64,000 nucleotides of DNA from Acidobacteriota bacterium (GTDB lineage: Bacteria > Acidobacteriota > UBA890 > WLXD01): contig CAXWPH010000015.1 of the NCBI GenBank assembly GCA_963666055.2, positions 672,001 to 736,000 of the forward strand, in the 5' to 3' direction. The position numbers and the translations under genes are program-made. This document shows, piece after piece, positions 1 to 9,667 of the stretch; the stretch's first letter is position 1; each line of letters begins with the position of its first letter. The notes below the pieces were generated by a model. It worked only from the letters and a program-made list of their open reading frames with translations, was not told the DNA's origin and did not search any database.

Positions 1-263
1 GGAATGGCGGAACCGAGTAGGTTCTCCGAGAACGCCAGCGTGCGCTGCTGCGGGAAAAAGATGTTGGCGTTGAACAACTCCAGCGGCTTGTTCAGTATGG
101 CGTGCGCATCCCAGGCCAAGATCCAGGTGTTCAGCGCCGTATCCCTCACCTCGTTGAGCATCGAGGCCGGCCGGGTCCAGATCGGATACGTAAAGAGCAG
201 CGACAGCAGGAAGAACAGCAGGCCGATCAGTAGAACGTGCCCGTGATTACCTGGCTTGCGCAC
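1..263 (-). CDS. Partial (runs off window) integral membrane protein, YfhO/GT-C glycosyltransferase-like
   Basis: Not in ORF track. Manual minus-strand translation: (V)RKPGNHGHVLLIGLLFFLLSLLFTYPIW...DTALNTWILAWDAHAILNKPLELFNANIFFPQQRTLAFSENLLGSAI. Start codon (GTG 263) uncertain. Confidence 0.6.
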   Translation of the reverse strand, partial: MRKPGNHGHVLLIGLLFFLLSLLFTYPIWTRPASMLNEVRDTALNTWILAWDAHAILNKPLELFNANIFFPQQRTLAFSENLLGSAI

Positions 264-496
264 GTCGCGTAGCTCTCGGTCGCGGAGCACCAGCACCCCC
301 TGTCAGGGATCGCCGGCGAAGGTGCGGTGGCACAGTACCTCGGCATCGCCGCAGGCACCACTCTTGCCGCCTTCGCGATCCGGTCGCTAAGGAAGTGGGT
401 GCTGAGCCTGCTATCCGACTGAAGCGATGAGCCTCCCGGCCAATCGGCCGGCTGTGCAAGTGTGCCAGGAGCATGCGTAGCACGCTGCTGGCTCGC

Positions 497-1864
497 TTAC
501 CGCTTCTCCGGCTCCGGCAGCATCCCGGCCAGCGATACCTCGTGACCCGGCCGCTTGATGACCCGACCGCCCAGCATCACGAACGAAACCCTCTCCAGCG
601 CGCTCATATCCTCGAGCGGGTTGCCCGGCACGGCGATGATATCCGCCAGCTTGCCCGGCTCGATCGTGCCGAGACGCTCCTCCCATCCCAACACCTCGGC
701 ACCGACGCGCGTGCCGGCCTGAATCGCCTCCATCGGCGTCATCCCTGCTTCGACCAGCACTGCGAACTCCCGCGCGAAGACGTGGGCCGGCACAGCGATC
801 CCGCCGAGGTCAACGCCGACGGCAACCTTGACGCCGGCCGCATGTGCGCGGCCGACGGCGGCCAGGAATTCCGGGCGATCGTTGGCTATGTAGTCGTCGT
901 TTTCTTCCTGCGCCAGCAGTAGGTCGGTCCCAGCGTAGTAGTCGCCGATGTAGATCGTCGGCACCAGGAACGTGCCGTGCTCGACCATGAGATCGATCGC
1001 CTCTTGGTCGAGGAAGGTACCGTGCTCGATCGAGCGTACACCGGCGCGCACCGCCTGCTTGATGCCCTCGGTAGCGTGCGCGTGAGCCGCCACCGGGACG
1101 CTCAGACGAGCTGCCTCCTCGACCGCGGCGCGCAGCTCCTCGGGGCTGAAGGCAACGTTCCGCGGGTTGTCACCCACCGACTGGTAGGCGCCCGTAACCA
1201 GCAGCTTGATCCAGTCGGAGCCGTACTTCACCTCCCGGCGGACCGCCTTGCGGATCTCCTCCGGCCCGTCGGCCACGAGGCCATCGGCGATCACCGGCTG
1301 CTCGGGCGACAGGAAGTTGACGTCGCCGCCACCGCCGGTGATCGAGATGTAATGCCCCGCACCGGCGATTCGTGGCCCGACGAAGATCCCCTGTTCGATT
1401 ACCCGCCGGATGTCCTGATTGGCATAGAAGACGTCGGCGTCGCCCATGACCCGAATACCGGTCCAACCAGCAAGCAGAAAGCGCTGCAGCGCCGCCAGCC
1501 CGACAAGGGCCTTGTATGCCGACGAGCCCTGCAGGTGGGCGTTCTGATAGTCGTCGCCGTACATCAGGGGATGCTCGTGGTTGTTGATCATCCCCGGCAT
1601 GAGCGTGGTGCCGGGCAGCTCGACGACCCGAGCATCGGCAGGAATGATCTGGCGCCCTCCGACCGCGACAATCCGCTCGCCTTCGATCAGCACCACGACG
1701 CCGGTGCGCGCCTCAGACGCCCTCCCGTCAATCAGGCGGTCGGCAATCAAGGCCATCGACGGCTGCTGCGCCTGTGCCCCGACGGGCGCGGCAAGGATCG
1801 CCAGCACCAGTGCTCCCCCGACCAACCGCAAGCGAGGAATCGAAAACGCGTCGACCGCGGTCAT
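497..1864 (-). CDS. Secreted metal-dependent amidohydrolase (Xaa-Pro dipeptidase-like, Amidohydro_1)
   Basis: MPGMINNHEH metal motif, AAHAH, SIEHG, GVD, GTIEPGKLADIIAV; signal peptide ending AQA. ATG 1864 chosen as start. Confidence 0.88.
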   Translation of the reverse strand: MTAVDAFSIPRLRLVGGALVLAILAAPVGAQAQQPSMALIADRLIDGRASEARTGVVVLIEGERIVAVGGRQIIPADARVVELPGTTLMPGMINNHEHPLMYGDDYQNAHLQGSSAYKALVGLAALQRFLLAGWTGIRVMGDADVFYANQDIRRVIEQGIFVGPRIAGAGHYISITGGGGDVNFLSPEQPVIADGLVADGPEEIRKAVRREVKYGSDWIKLLVTGAYQSVGDNPRNVAFSPEELRAAVEEAARLSVPVAAHAHATEGIKQAVRAGVRSIEHGTFLDQEAIDLMVEHGTFLVPTIYIGDYYAGTDLLLAQEENDDYIANDRPEFLAAVGRAHAAGVKVAVGVDLGGIAVPAHVFAREFAVLVEAGMTPMEAIQAGTRVGAEVLGWEERLGTIEPGKLADIIAVPGNPLEDMSALERVSFVMLGGRVIKRPGHEVSLAGMLPEPEKR

Positions 1865-1969
1865 GGGCTCACTCCGATAGCAGATACCGCAAATGGCGAA
1901 AGACGATGATATGCCGAGCCACGAGCCGAGAATGCGTGGCGACACACGGCGCTCGCGACGGCTGCCGTG

Positions 1970-4285
1970 TCAGAAGCCGAACGCAAAGGTCAGCTTGCCC
2001 ACCACGGACTGATCCAGGGGTCCCACGAAGCCACCGTCGTACCGGCGCCCCTGACGGTACACCAGGTAGAAGTTGTCGCCGATGCGGTAGATGTATCGCA
2101 GCCGCGCGAACATCTCGAACTCCTGGGTGACGCTGTTGTACTGGGCCAGTGCGTCGGTCAGGACGCGGTCAGACAACGAGACCTCGGCCCGCAATCGCGC
2201 AATGTTGCTGGTGAAGGAGCCCGACGGCAGGTCCACCTTGTTGTAGCTGAACTCGGGGCGCAGGGTGAAGTTCTCGCTGAAACGGATTGCCACCTGTGGG
2301 GTAGCCGAGAAACGATCGCCATCGTAGAACTCGCCGAACTCGACAAAGGTGCTCAGGCTGACCTTGCGAGCCGCGTTGGTGAACATGCCCAGAAAAAGCT
2401 GGCCGAAGTTGTACTCGCCCGGGGGGATGGCAACGTCCGGGTGAACGTGGAACGGCAGGTCGAGGCGCTCGAACTTCCATTCGTAGCTGAAAATGAAGCT
2501 GTCGCCTGACTCCAACTCCGGTCGTATATCGACGAAGTTCCGCTGCGAGATCAGGCGGCCATCGAGATCGTGAAACGTCTGATGGTGGCCCACGAATCGG
2601 GCCTGCCGTAGCCAGGGGAGTCCCGCCGGCCGCGGTTTGAACTGTGCGTCGTAGCGCTGATAAAGGACGTCGCGACGCAGGATGAACCCGAGATCATTAC
2701 GAAATTCCGGCTCGATGCGAATCACATCAGCGGTCAGCTCTATCAGGTCGCTGTTGTAGTCGGCGCGGGCCCGCCCGGCCCACGAACGCCCTTCGGACCG
2801 ACCGTCCTCCGACTGCGCCGCGAAGCCGGAGAGGTTGAAGTTGTCGAACTGGAAGCTCGCGTCGGCCCCGTACACGCGATTGTAGTCGGCGCCCTGACCC
2901 TCGACGTTGATACCGATCACGCCGATGCTCGAGCGCTCCAGCACGTCCTGCCGCCAGCGCACCACGGAGTAATTGTTTCCCTCCCCGAATGCCGAGTCGC
3001 TTGTCTTGACGTTCAGTAGCCCGACGTTGGCGCCGCCGATCTTGCCGGTGATCTTCGCGCCGTAGTCGATCGGAAGCGGCCGGCCGGCATCGTCCAAACC
3101 GATGTTGCGTGAGTGATACATGCGGATGACCGGCGGCCCGAAAGCCCCGCGGCGCTCGGGGCCGAAGGCGAAGTTGTTGGCCGCCTCCAGAAAGAACTCC
3201 CGTTTCTCGGCGAAAAAGAGCGCATCGCGCGTCAGGTTGACACGCTGGTCGTCAACCTCGACCTGAGCAAAGTCGGTGTTGTAGGTGAACTGCGACGTCA
3301 AGTTCGAGGTCAGCTTGATCTTGAAATCCTCGATCCCCCAGTCAGCGCGCGTGTCCTCGAACGGTACAGGCCGACGGGCGAACGAATCCCAGGTACCGGT
3401 GACGTAAGGCTTGACGCGGAAGCGCTCCTTGAGGCGAAGATTTTCCAGGCCGGTGAGCTGACCCGCCTGCGAGACGGCGATGAACTCGTAGTCACGTGAG
3501 TAGTTGGCCCATAGCACCTCCTCGTTCTTGCGCCGGATATCGCGGCGCAGGTCCATCCCCCAAACAGTACCGTCGGTGTCATAGCGCAGGATCGCCCACG
3601 GAATGGCGATCTCCGCCTCCCAGCCGCGCTCGGTAATCTGTGCCGCGGCGTCCCAGCGCTCGTCCCAGTTGGTGTTGACCAGCGATTCGCCACGAACCGT
3701 GGCATCGAGCTTGGTACCCAATGGGTTGACCGCGAACAGAAATGCGTTGCGCCGGTCGTTGAAGGTGTCCAGCACCACGGCGATGGTGTCGTCCGATTGA
3801 TCAGTGTCGATCAGCCGCGATCCGAAGCTGCCGACGCTGATGCTGTCGCGACGGAGTTGAGTGGCACGAATTCCACTCGGATCGCTGTCGTAGAGCACGA
3901 ACGCCAGATATAGATGGTCGTCGTCGTAGAGGATCCGCGCTTCGGTGCGCTCCGATGGCTCGCCGCCCTCCTGGGGCTCACGCTGGCGGAAGTCGCTGAC
4001 CACGGTCGCCGTCTCCCAGATGGCCTCGTCGACGCGCCCGTCGAGCATCGGTGCCTCATCGGTCCAGGTGGCCGTCGCCACCTTGCCATTCAAGGGCTGT
4101 TCAGTCGCTGCCTGTCCACCGATCATCCGCACCGGGATCTGACGTTGCTGGGATGTCGAGCGCACCGACGAGCCGGGACCCTCGGGAGTCGATGCGATGG
4201 CGCCGTTGGCGACCAATATCGCCGCGCATCCGACAACAAGGATCGGCGCACAGGTCAGGCGCTCGCGCCGGGTGGGATGGCTCAC
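1970..4285 (-). CDS. CBM9-like + DUF5916 exported/outer-membrane protein
   Basis: PMLDGRVDEAIW, FRQREP, YDDDHLY (CBM9-like); NTDFAQVEVD...EKREFFLE (DUF5916); C-terminal Phe typical of beta-barrels. Confidence 0.8.
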   Translation of the reverse strand: MSHPTRRERLTCAPILVVGCAAILVANGAIASTPEGPGSSVRSTSQQRQIPVRMIGGQAATEQPLNGKVATATWTDEAPMLDGRVDEAIWETATVVSDFRQREPQEGGEPSERTEARILYDDDHLYLAFVLYDSDPSGIRATQLRRDSISVGSFGSRLIDTDQSDDTIAVVLDTFNDRRNAFLFAVNPLGTKLDATVRGESLVNTNWDERWDAAAQITERGWEAEIAIPWAILRYDTDGTVWGMDLRRDIRRKNEEVLWANYSRDYEFIAVSQAGQLTGLENLRLKERFRVKPYVTGTWDSFARRPVPFEDTRADWGIEDFKIKLTSNLTSQFTYNTDFAQVEVDDQRVNLTRDALFFAEKREFFLEAANNFAFGPERRGAFGPPVIRMYHSRNIGLDDAGRPLPIDYGAKITGKIGGANVGLLNVKTSDSAFGEGNNYSVVRWRQDVLERSSIGVIGINVEGQGADYNRVYGADASFQFDNFNLSGFAAQSEDGRSEGRSWAGRARADYNSDLIELTADVIRIEPEFRNDLGFILRRDVLYQRYDAQFKPRPAGLPWLRQARFVGHHQTFHDLDGRLISQRNFVDIRPELESGDSFIFSYEWKFERLDLPFHVHPDVAIPPGEYNFGQLFLGMFTNAARKVSLSTFVEFGEFYDGDRFSATPQVAIRFSENFTLRPEFSYNKVDLPSGSFTSNIARLRAEVSLSDRVLTDALAQYNSVTQEFEMFARLRYIYRIGDNFYLVYRQGRRYDGGFVGPLDQSVVGKLTFAFGF

Positions 4286-4442
4286 AGCTGGATTCCGCTA
4301 GAAGGATTTGCCACGCGCCCCTTGCGCGCTTCGGCCACGCCAGGTGGCCTCATCGGATTGAAACACGCGCCGTTGCGTGCGGTGCCGAGGCCGGGCCGCA
4401 GTTGACCCCCCGTTGCTGGTAGTCTCAGCCTCGGAGGTCGAG

Positions 4443-5258
4443 ATGACCGAAACAACCAACCAACATCGGATCGCCGTCATCGGGCTCGGCAAGCTCGGAG
4501 GGATCCTGCTGCGCGCCTTCCTGGACCAAGGGCTGGTGCTCGCGGAAAACGTGCGCGCCACCGTGCACCGTGAGGAGAACGCCGACCTGCGCGCCGCTCT
4601 CTTCGGTGTGCAGGTGTCAACCGATAACCTGAGCGCGGTAGAAGATGCCGACCTCGTCCTGCTGTGCGTCAAGCCGGCGGCAGTACGCGCCGTATGTGAG
4701 CAGATCGCACCGGTCATCGACCACAAGCTGCTGATCTCCATCGCCGCATCGGTGCCGACGAGCCTGATCGAGGAGTCCTTCGACGGGGTACCGGTAGTGC
4801 GTGCCATGCCTGGAACACCGGCGGCCATCGGAGCCGCGATGACCGGCCTGTGCGCTGGGACCAGCGCGACAGACGAGCATCTGGCGCTGGCGCGGGCTCT
4901 CTTCGACGCCGTTGGCCGCACCGTTATCCTCGACGAGAAACACATGGACGCGGTTACCGGGTTATCGGCCAGCGGCCCGGCGTTCATCTACGTCGTTATC
5001 GAATCGCTCGCCGAGGCAGGCGTCAAGGTCGGATTGCCGCGAGACGTTGCCACGACGCTAGCCGCCCAGGCAACGTTTGGCGCGGCCCGGATGGTGCTGG
5101 ACTCCGGCAGCCACCCGGCGCTGCTCAAGGACGAGGTCACTACGCCGGCCGGCTGCACCATCGACGGCCTGCTGGAGCTCGAGGAGGGCGGCCTGCGCGT
5201 GACCCTAATCAAGGCGGTAGTCAAGGCGACCGAGCGCGCCGGCGAGCTCAAAGACTAG
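4443..5258 (+). CDS. proC: Pyrroline-5-carboxylate reductase
   Basis: IGLGKLG, LLCVKP, VVRAMP, TGLSASGPAF, LKDEVTTPAGCTI; RBS GGAGG before ATG 4443. Confidence 0.95.
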   Translation: MTETTNQHRIAVIGLGKLGGILLRAFLDQGLVLAENVRATVHREENADLRAALFGVQVSTDNLSAVEDADLVLLCVKPAAVRAVCEQIAPVIDHKLLISIAASVPTSLIEESFDGVPVVRAMPGTPAAIGAAMTGLCAGTSATDEHLALARALFDAVGRTVILDEKHMDAVTGLSASGPAFIYVVIESLAEAGVKVGLPRDVATTLAAQATFGAARMVLDSGSHPALLKDEVTTPAGCTIDGLLELEEGGLRVTLIKAVVKATERAGELKD

Positions 5259-5275
5259 GAAGAGGACTAGTATCC

Positions 5276-8152
5276 ATGACATCGAGACGATCCCCGCTCG
5301 CAGCTCGCGGCCTACGCGCCGTCGGGATCATGGTCACCGCGGTCGCCTTGTTGGGCAGCGCTGCGTGGGCACCACAGGCCACCCCCAACGTCGTCCAATC
5401 CGCTGCGGATCAGCACCCCTCGGACCTCGCGAACCTGCGCTGGCGTCCGATCGGCCCCGCCACCATGGGTGGCCGCATCGCCGATTTCGCCGCCGTGAAT
5501 GCCGACACGTTCTACGTTGGTGTCGCCTCCGGCAACCTGTGGAAGACGACAAACCGCGGCACCACCTGGGAATCGTTGTTCGAGGACGAGGAGGTCAACT
5601 CGATCGGCGCCGTGGCCGTGGCACCGTCCAACCCGGACGTCGTGTGGATCGGCACCGGCGAGGCCAACAACCGTCAGAGCTCCCCATGGGGCGCCGGCGT
5701 GTACCGGTCGACCGACGGCGGCGCCAACTGGACCCACCGCGGGCTCACCAACACGCGGCACATCGGTCGCATCGTGGTTCATCCGAACGATCCTGATACC
5801 GCGTTCGTGGCGGCAGCGGGTAGCCTTTGGGGTCCTAGCCCGGAGCGCGGCGTGTTCCGCACGCGCGACGGCGGAACGTCGTGGGACAAGGTGCTTTATG
5901 TCGACGCCGACACCGGGGTGACCGACCTGGTGATGGATCCAGACGACCCCGACACGGTTCTGGCGGCGACCTACCAGCGCCGCCGCACCGCTTGCTGCTT
6001 CGTCGGCGGCGGTCCCGGCAGCGGCATCTACCGAACCGGCAACGGCGGCGATTCCTGGACGAAGCTGACAGCGGGCCTGCCAGGCGGCGACATGGGCCGC
6101 ATCGGGCTCGATATCTATCAGCGTAACGGCAGCCTGATCATCGCCACCGTGGAGGCGGCTGCGCCCGACAGTGGTGTCTATCGGTCATCGGACGGCGGTG
6201 ATTCGTGGGACAAGATCAACGATCAGAACCCGCGGCCGATGTATTTCAGCCAGATCCGTATCGACCCTGATGACGCACAGCGAGTCTACGTGCTGGCCGG
6301 CGTCCTGCTTATCTCCGACGACGGCGGCGTGACCTTCAGGCGGAGCGATGCCGTCGGTATCCATCCCGATCTGCACGCCATGTGGATCGACCCAAACAAT
6401 ACCGATACCGTTCTGCTCGGCCACGATGGCGGGGTCTTGATGAGCGCCGATCGCGCCGAGACTTGGCGGTTCCTGGACAACCTGCCAATCGGCCAGTTCT
6501 ACGAGATCGGCGTCGACATGCGTGACCCGTACTGGGTATATGGCGGCCTGCAGGACAACGTGATCATCACCGAGACGCAGAACGGAGCGCTGATGCGCTT
6601 CAACTTGGCGACGATGGAGCGTCAGTCGATTCGGCTCCAGACACCGCAGCAGAGCGGCGAGGACGGCACCAGCGAACCCTATCGCTGGAACTGGGACAGC
6701 CCGCTGATCATTTCCGAGCACGACCCCGACACGCTCTATGCGGCTGGCAACGTCCTATTCCGATCCCGCGACCAGGGAAACGCCTGGGAGGCGATCAGCC
6801 CTGACCTCAGCAAGAACATAGACCGCCAGACCACGACCATCATGGGGGCACATCCGGTCGAGGGTGTGCTGTCGCTCAACGACGGCGTCTCGTCGTACGG
6901 CAACATCACCACCGTTTCCGAGTCGCTGGCGAACGCCGACGTCATCTTCGTAGGCACCGACGACGGTAATGTGCAGCGTACGATCGACGGCGGAGCGAGC
7001 TGGACTGATCTTACCGAGACCTTTCCTGGCCTACCGGAGCTCACTACCAGCAGCCGACTGCAGGCCTCGCGCTTCGACGAGCGCAGGGTTTACGCCACCT
7101 TCGACGGCCACCAGCAAGACGACATGAAGCCCTACGTCTATGTCAGCGACGACGCGGGCGACAGCTGGCGGGCAATCACCGCCGGGCTACCCGACTGGTC
7201 GGTCAACGTGATCGCCGAGCACCACCGCAACCCCGACCTGCTGTTTCTCGGCAACGAGCTCGGCGTCTACTTCTCGCCCGATCGCGGCGCCACCTGGCAG
7301 CGGCTGAAGAACAACTTGCCCAGCGTGCCGGTCGACGACATTGTCGTGCATCCGCGCGACAACGATCTGATCATCGGCACCCACGGTCGCAGTATCTGGA
7401 TCCTCGACGACATCACGCCGCTGGAGAAACTGGCCGAGGCGCGTGCGTCGCGAGGCCCGTATCTGTTTCCAGTGCGCCGCGCCGAGTTGTTCAACGACCT
7501 GCCGCGCAACACCTATGCGGGCGCCGCCGAGTTCTGGGCTCCGAATCCGCCCGCCGGGGCGATCATCCGTTACCGCTTGAACGACGAGGCGACAGCAACG
7601 GGCAACGAGCCCACGGTGCTGCTGAACATTCTTGACACCGATGGCGCGACCCTTCGGACCTTGTCAGGCGCGGGTACCATTGGATCGCACCAGCTCGAAT
7701 GGGATCTGCGGGTCAATTCGCCGTTCGCGGCCGACGACGCCAGCCAGCTCGGTCTGCCGGCGCCACCCGACGGACCGCGTGTGCTCCCGGGCGACTACGA
7801 GGTCCAGCTGCTCGCCGGGAACGCGAGCGTCTCGGTGCCGGTAACGGTAGCGTTGGCATCCGGCCTGGACGCCTCGCGAGCTGATCTCGAAGCACGACAA
7901 GGGGCGCTGATGCGGGCCCACGAGCTAACGCGATCTCTCTACCGGGCAAGGCGAACGATCCGTCAGCTCCCCGAGCTGACGGCCAAAGCAGAAGCCATCG
8001 ACGAACGCGTCGAGCGCGCACAGGGCCAGCTGTCATCGCTGGCCCAGCGCATCGACGGCTCGACGACACGCCCGACCGTGGATCAATTGCGGGCACTCGA
8101 TGTCGCCGAAGCGGCGGCGCTTTCGCTGTTGGCGAGCCTCGACGATCTGTAG
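5276..8152 (+). CDS. Secreted VPS10/sortilin (BNR/Asp-box) beta-propeller glycosyl-hydrolase-like protein
   Basis: WRPIGPATMGGRI, many S/T-x-D-x-G-x-S/T-W Asp-boxes, GGLQDN, YRWNWDSP, IIGTHGRSIWILDD; RBS GAGG before ATG 5276; apparent internal deletion near 6560. Confidence 0.88.
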   Translation: MTSRRSPLAARGLRAVGIMVTAVALLGSAAWAPQATPNVVQSAADQHPSDLANLRWRPIGPATMGGRIADFAAVNADTFYVGVASGNLWKTTNRGTTWESLFEDEEVNSIGAVAVAPSNPDVVWIGTGEANNRQSSPWGAGVYRSTDGGANWTHRGLTNTRHIGRIVVHPNDPDTAFVAAAGSLWGPSPERGVFRTRDGGTSWDKVLYVDADTGVTDLVMDPDDPDTVLAATYQRRRTACCFVGGGPGSGIYRTGNGGDSWTKLTAGLPGGDMGRIGLDIYQRNGSLIIATVEAAAPDSGVYRSSDGGDSWDKINDQNPRPMYFSQIRIDPDDAQRVYVLAGVLLISDDGGVTFRRSDAVGIHPDLHAMWIDPNNTDTVLLGHDGGVLMSADRAETWRFLDNLPIGQFYEIGVDMRDPYWVYGGLQDNVIITETQNGALMRFNLATMERQSIRLQTPQQSGEDGTSEPYRWNWDSPLIISEHDPDTLYAAGNVLFRSRDQGNAWEAISPDLSKNIDRQTTTIMGAHPVEGVLSLNDGVSSYGNITTVSESLANADVIFVGTDDGNVQRTIDGGASWTDLTETFPGLPELTTSSRLQASRFDERRVYATFDGHQQDDMKPYVYVSDDAGDSWRAITAGLPDWSVNVIAEHHRNPDLLFLGNELGVYFSPDRGATWQRLKNNLPSVPVDDIVVHPRDNDLIIGTHGRSIWILDDITPLEKLAEARASRGPYLFPVRRAELFNDLPRNTYAGAAEFWAPNPPAGAIIRYRLNDEATATGNEPTVLLNILDTDGATLRTLSGAGTIGSHQLEWDLRVNSPFAADDASQLGLPAPPDGPRVLPGDYEVQLLAGNASVSVPVTVALASGLDASRADLEARQGALMRAHELTRSLYRARRTIRQLPELTAKAEAIDERVERAQGQLSSLAQRIDGSTTRPTVDQLRALDVAEAAALSLLASLDDL

Positions 8153-8347
8153 CTACTCGGCGCAGCCATGGCAGCCGCTACGGCACGTCGCCTCGAAGGC
8201 TCCCTGAAGCGAGCGCTCGTCGATGCCCAGCCGAATCGAGCGGGCTGCGTGGGGGCCCACGGGGTATCCATTTCGGGCCTACGTCTGGCAGCCGTGCGCC
8301 GGGTGCACTCGTTGCCGTGGGCGCCGCCGGAAGATAGCGTGAGCGCA

Positions 8348-8625
8348 CTAGCAGGCCGTGGCGAAAGTGTGGTGGGTCTGGCGACAGGGTCTTGCGAAGT
8401 GGAGGCAAGAAGAGAGGAGGAGGCGATGGTTACCCCATCGTGGACGAGGAACGACGCAGCATGCGCGCGCAACCCCCTGTCCCCGAAGGGTTACGGCGAG
8501 TTGGGGCCATTTGCGGCGTTGGCCTTCCTGGACGATGGCTAGGGCATCGCCTGTGTCAGGCCGCCTTGCATCTGGCCCCAACTCGCCCTAACCAGACCCA
8601 CCACACTTTCACCACGGCCTGCTAG
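8348..8625. mobile_element. MITE-like element, family A, copy 1
   Basis: 34-bp terminal inverted repeat (1 mismatch) CTAGCAGGCCGTGG(C/T)GAAAGTGTGGTGGGTCTGG including flanking CTAG; homologous copies at 10748-11160 and 60704-60968; no credible coding capacity. Confidence 0.85.
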
Positions 8626-8636
8626 GAGGCCCGACC

Positions 8637-9641
8637 GTGCGAACTCGACGGGAATTCTGCTTTGACGCGGGAGCAAAACTGATGGCACTGAGCGCAGTAA
8701 CCAGCGGCAACTCGCTCGCCAACCGGGCCCAAGGCACAGGCCTGGTCTACGACGCCCGCTACCTGGACCACGTCCTCGACAGTCGGGTCGGGGATCCGCA
8801 TCCTGAGCGGCCGCTGCGTCTCGAGAAGATCATGGCGATGCTGGAGACGCGTGGGCTGCGCGACCGGCTCGTGCCGGTGGCGCTGCATGATGATCCGATG
8901 CCTCACATTCGTGACCACCACACCGCCGAGCACGTCGGCGCGGTGGGTCAGATCGATGTCACCGGGCCTGTGGCAGAGCTGGCGGTAGCGGGGGCGCTGG
9001 CTGCGGTGGATGCCGTGGCAACCGGCACGCTGCGCAACGTCTTCTGCGCCGCCCGCCCCCCCGGACACCACGCCAACAACACCGGCATGGAAGAGGGGTT
9101 CTGTTTCTACAGCAACGCTGCGATCGCGGCGAAATACGCCCAGCAGGTGCACGGCTACGAGAAGCTCCTCATCGTCGACTGGGACTACCACCATGGCAAC
9201 GGTACCCAGAACGCTTTCTACGACGACCCCACGGTGCTGTTCTTCTCCACCCACGACTGGCAGGCGTACCCGGGAACCGGCGATCCGTCGCTCTTGGGAG
9301 CGGGCGATGGCACCGAGCTCAACATCAACGTGCACCTGGATTGCGGCTGCAGCGACCGGGACATGCTCGGCAGCTGGGACCGCAAGCTCATGCCCAAGGT
9401 CGAGGCCTTCAAGCCCGACTTCATCATCGTGTCAGCGGGATTTGACAGCCGCATGGACGATCTACTTGGCTGCTTCAACGTTACCGACGACGCGTTCCGC
9501 CGTATGACTCGCACCGTCATGGACATGGCCGATCATTATTGCGATGGACGCGTCGTTTCGTTGTTGGAGGGCGGCTACAACGTCGACGGGCTGGCGCTGG
9601 CAACAGCGGCGCACCTGGAGACACTGCTCGATCACGGCTAG
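8637..9641 (+). CDS. Histone deacetylase-family (Zn-dependent) amidohydrolase with Tat signal
   Basis: HPERPLRL, RPPGHHA, GFCFYSN, DWDYHHGNG, SAGFDS, LEGGY; N-terminal TRREF. Confidence 0.92.
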   Translation: MRTRREFCFDAGAKLMALSAVTSGNSLANRAQGTGLVYDARYLDHVLDSRVGDPHPERPLRLEKIMAMLETRGLRDRLVPVALHDDPMPHIRDHHTAEHVGAVGQIDVTGPVAELAVAGALAAVDAVATGTLRNVFCAARPPGHHANNTGMEEGFCFYSNAAIAAKYAQQVHGYEKLLIVDWDYHHGNGTQNAFYDDPTVLFFSTHDWQAYPGTGDPSLLGAGDGTELNINVHLDCGCSDRDMLGSWDRKLMPKVEAFKPDFIIVSAGFDSRMDDLLGCFNVTDDAFRRMTRTVMDMADHYCDGRVVSLLEGGYNVDGLALATAAHLETLLDHG

Positions 9642-9667
9642 CGTCGTGCCCCGAGTCGTGACGCGGC

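Noticed and set aside
4850-5275. Extended N-termini in the ORF track (4850, 21863, 23206, 25653, 30123, 43070, 53821, 54752, 58323)
   Set aside because: They overlap neighbouring genes or intergenic promoter regions; downstream starts fit the RBS, signal peptide or domain boundary better.
8168-8625. Similar short ORFs (…EARREEEAM…ARNPLSP…) at 8168-8542, 10738-11230 and 60278-61317 that look like a protein family
   Set aside because: They are translations of the non-coding MITE copies; starts, stops and frames are not conserved.
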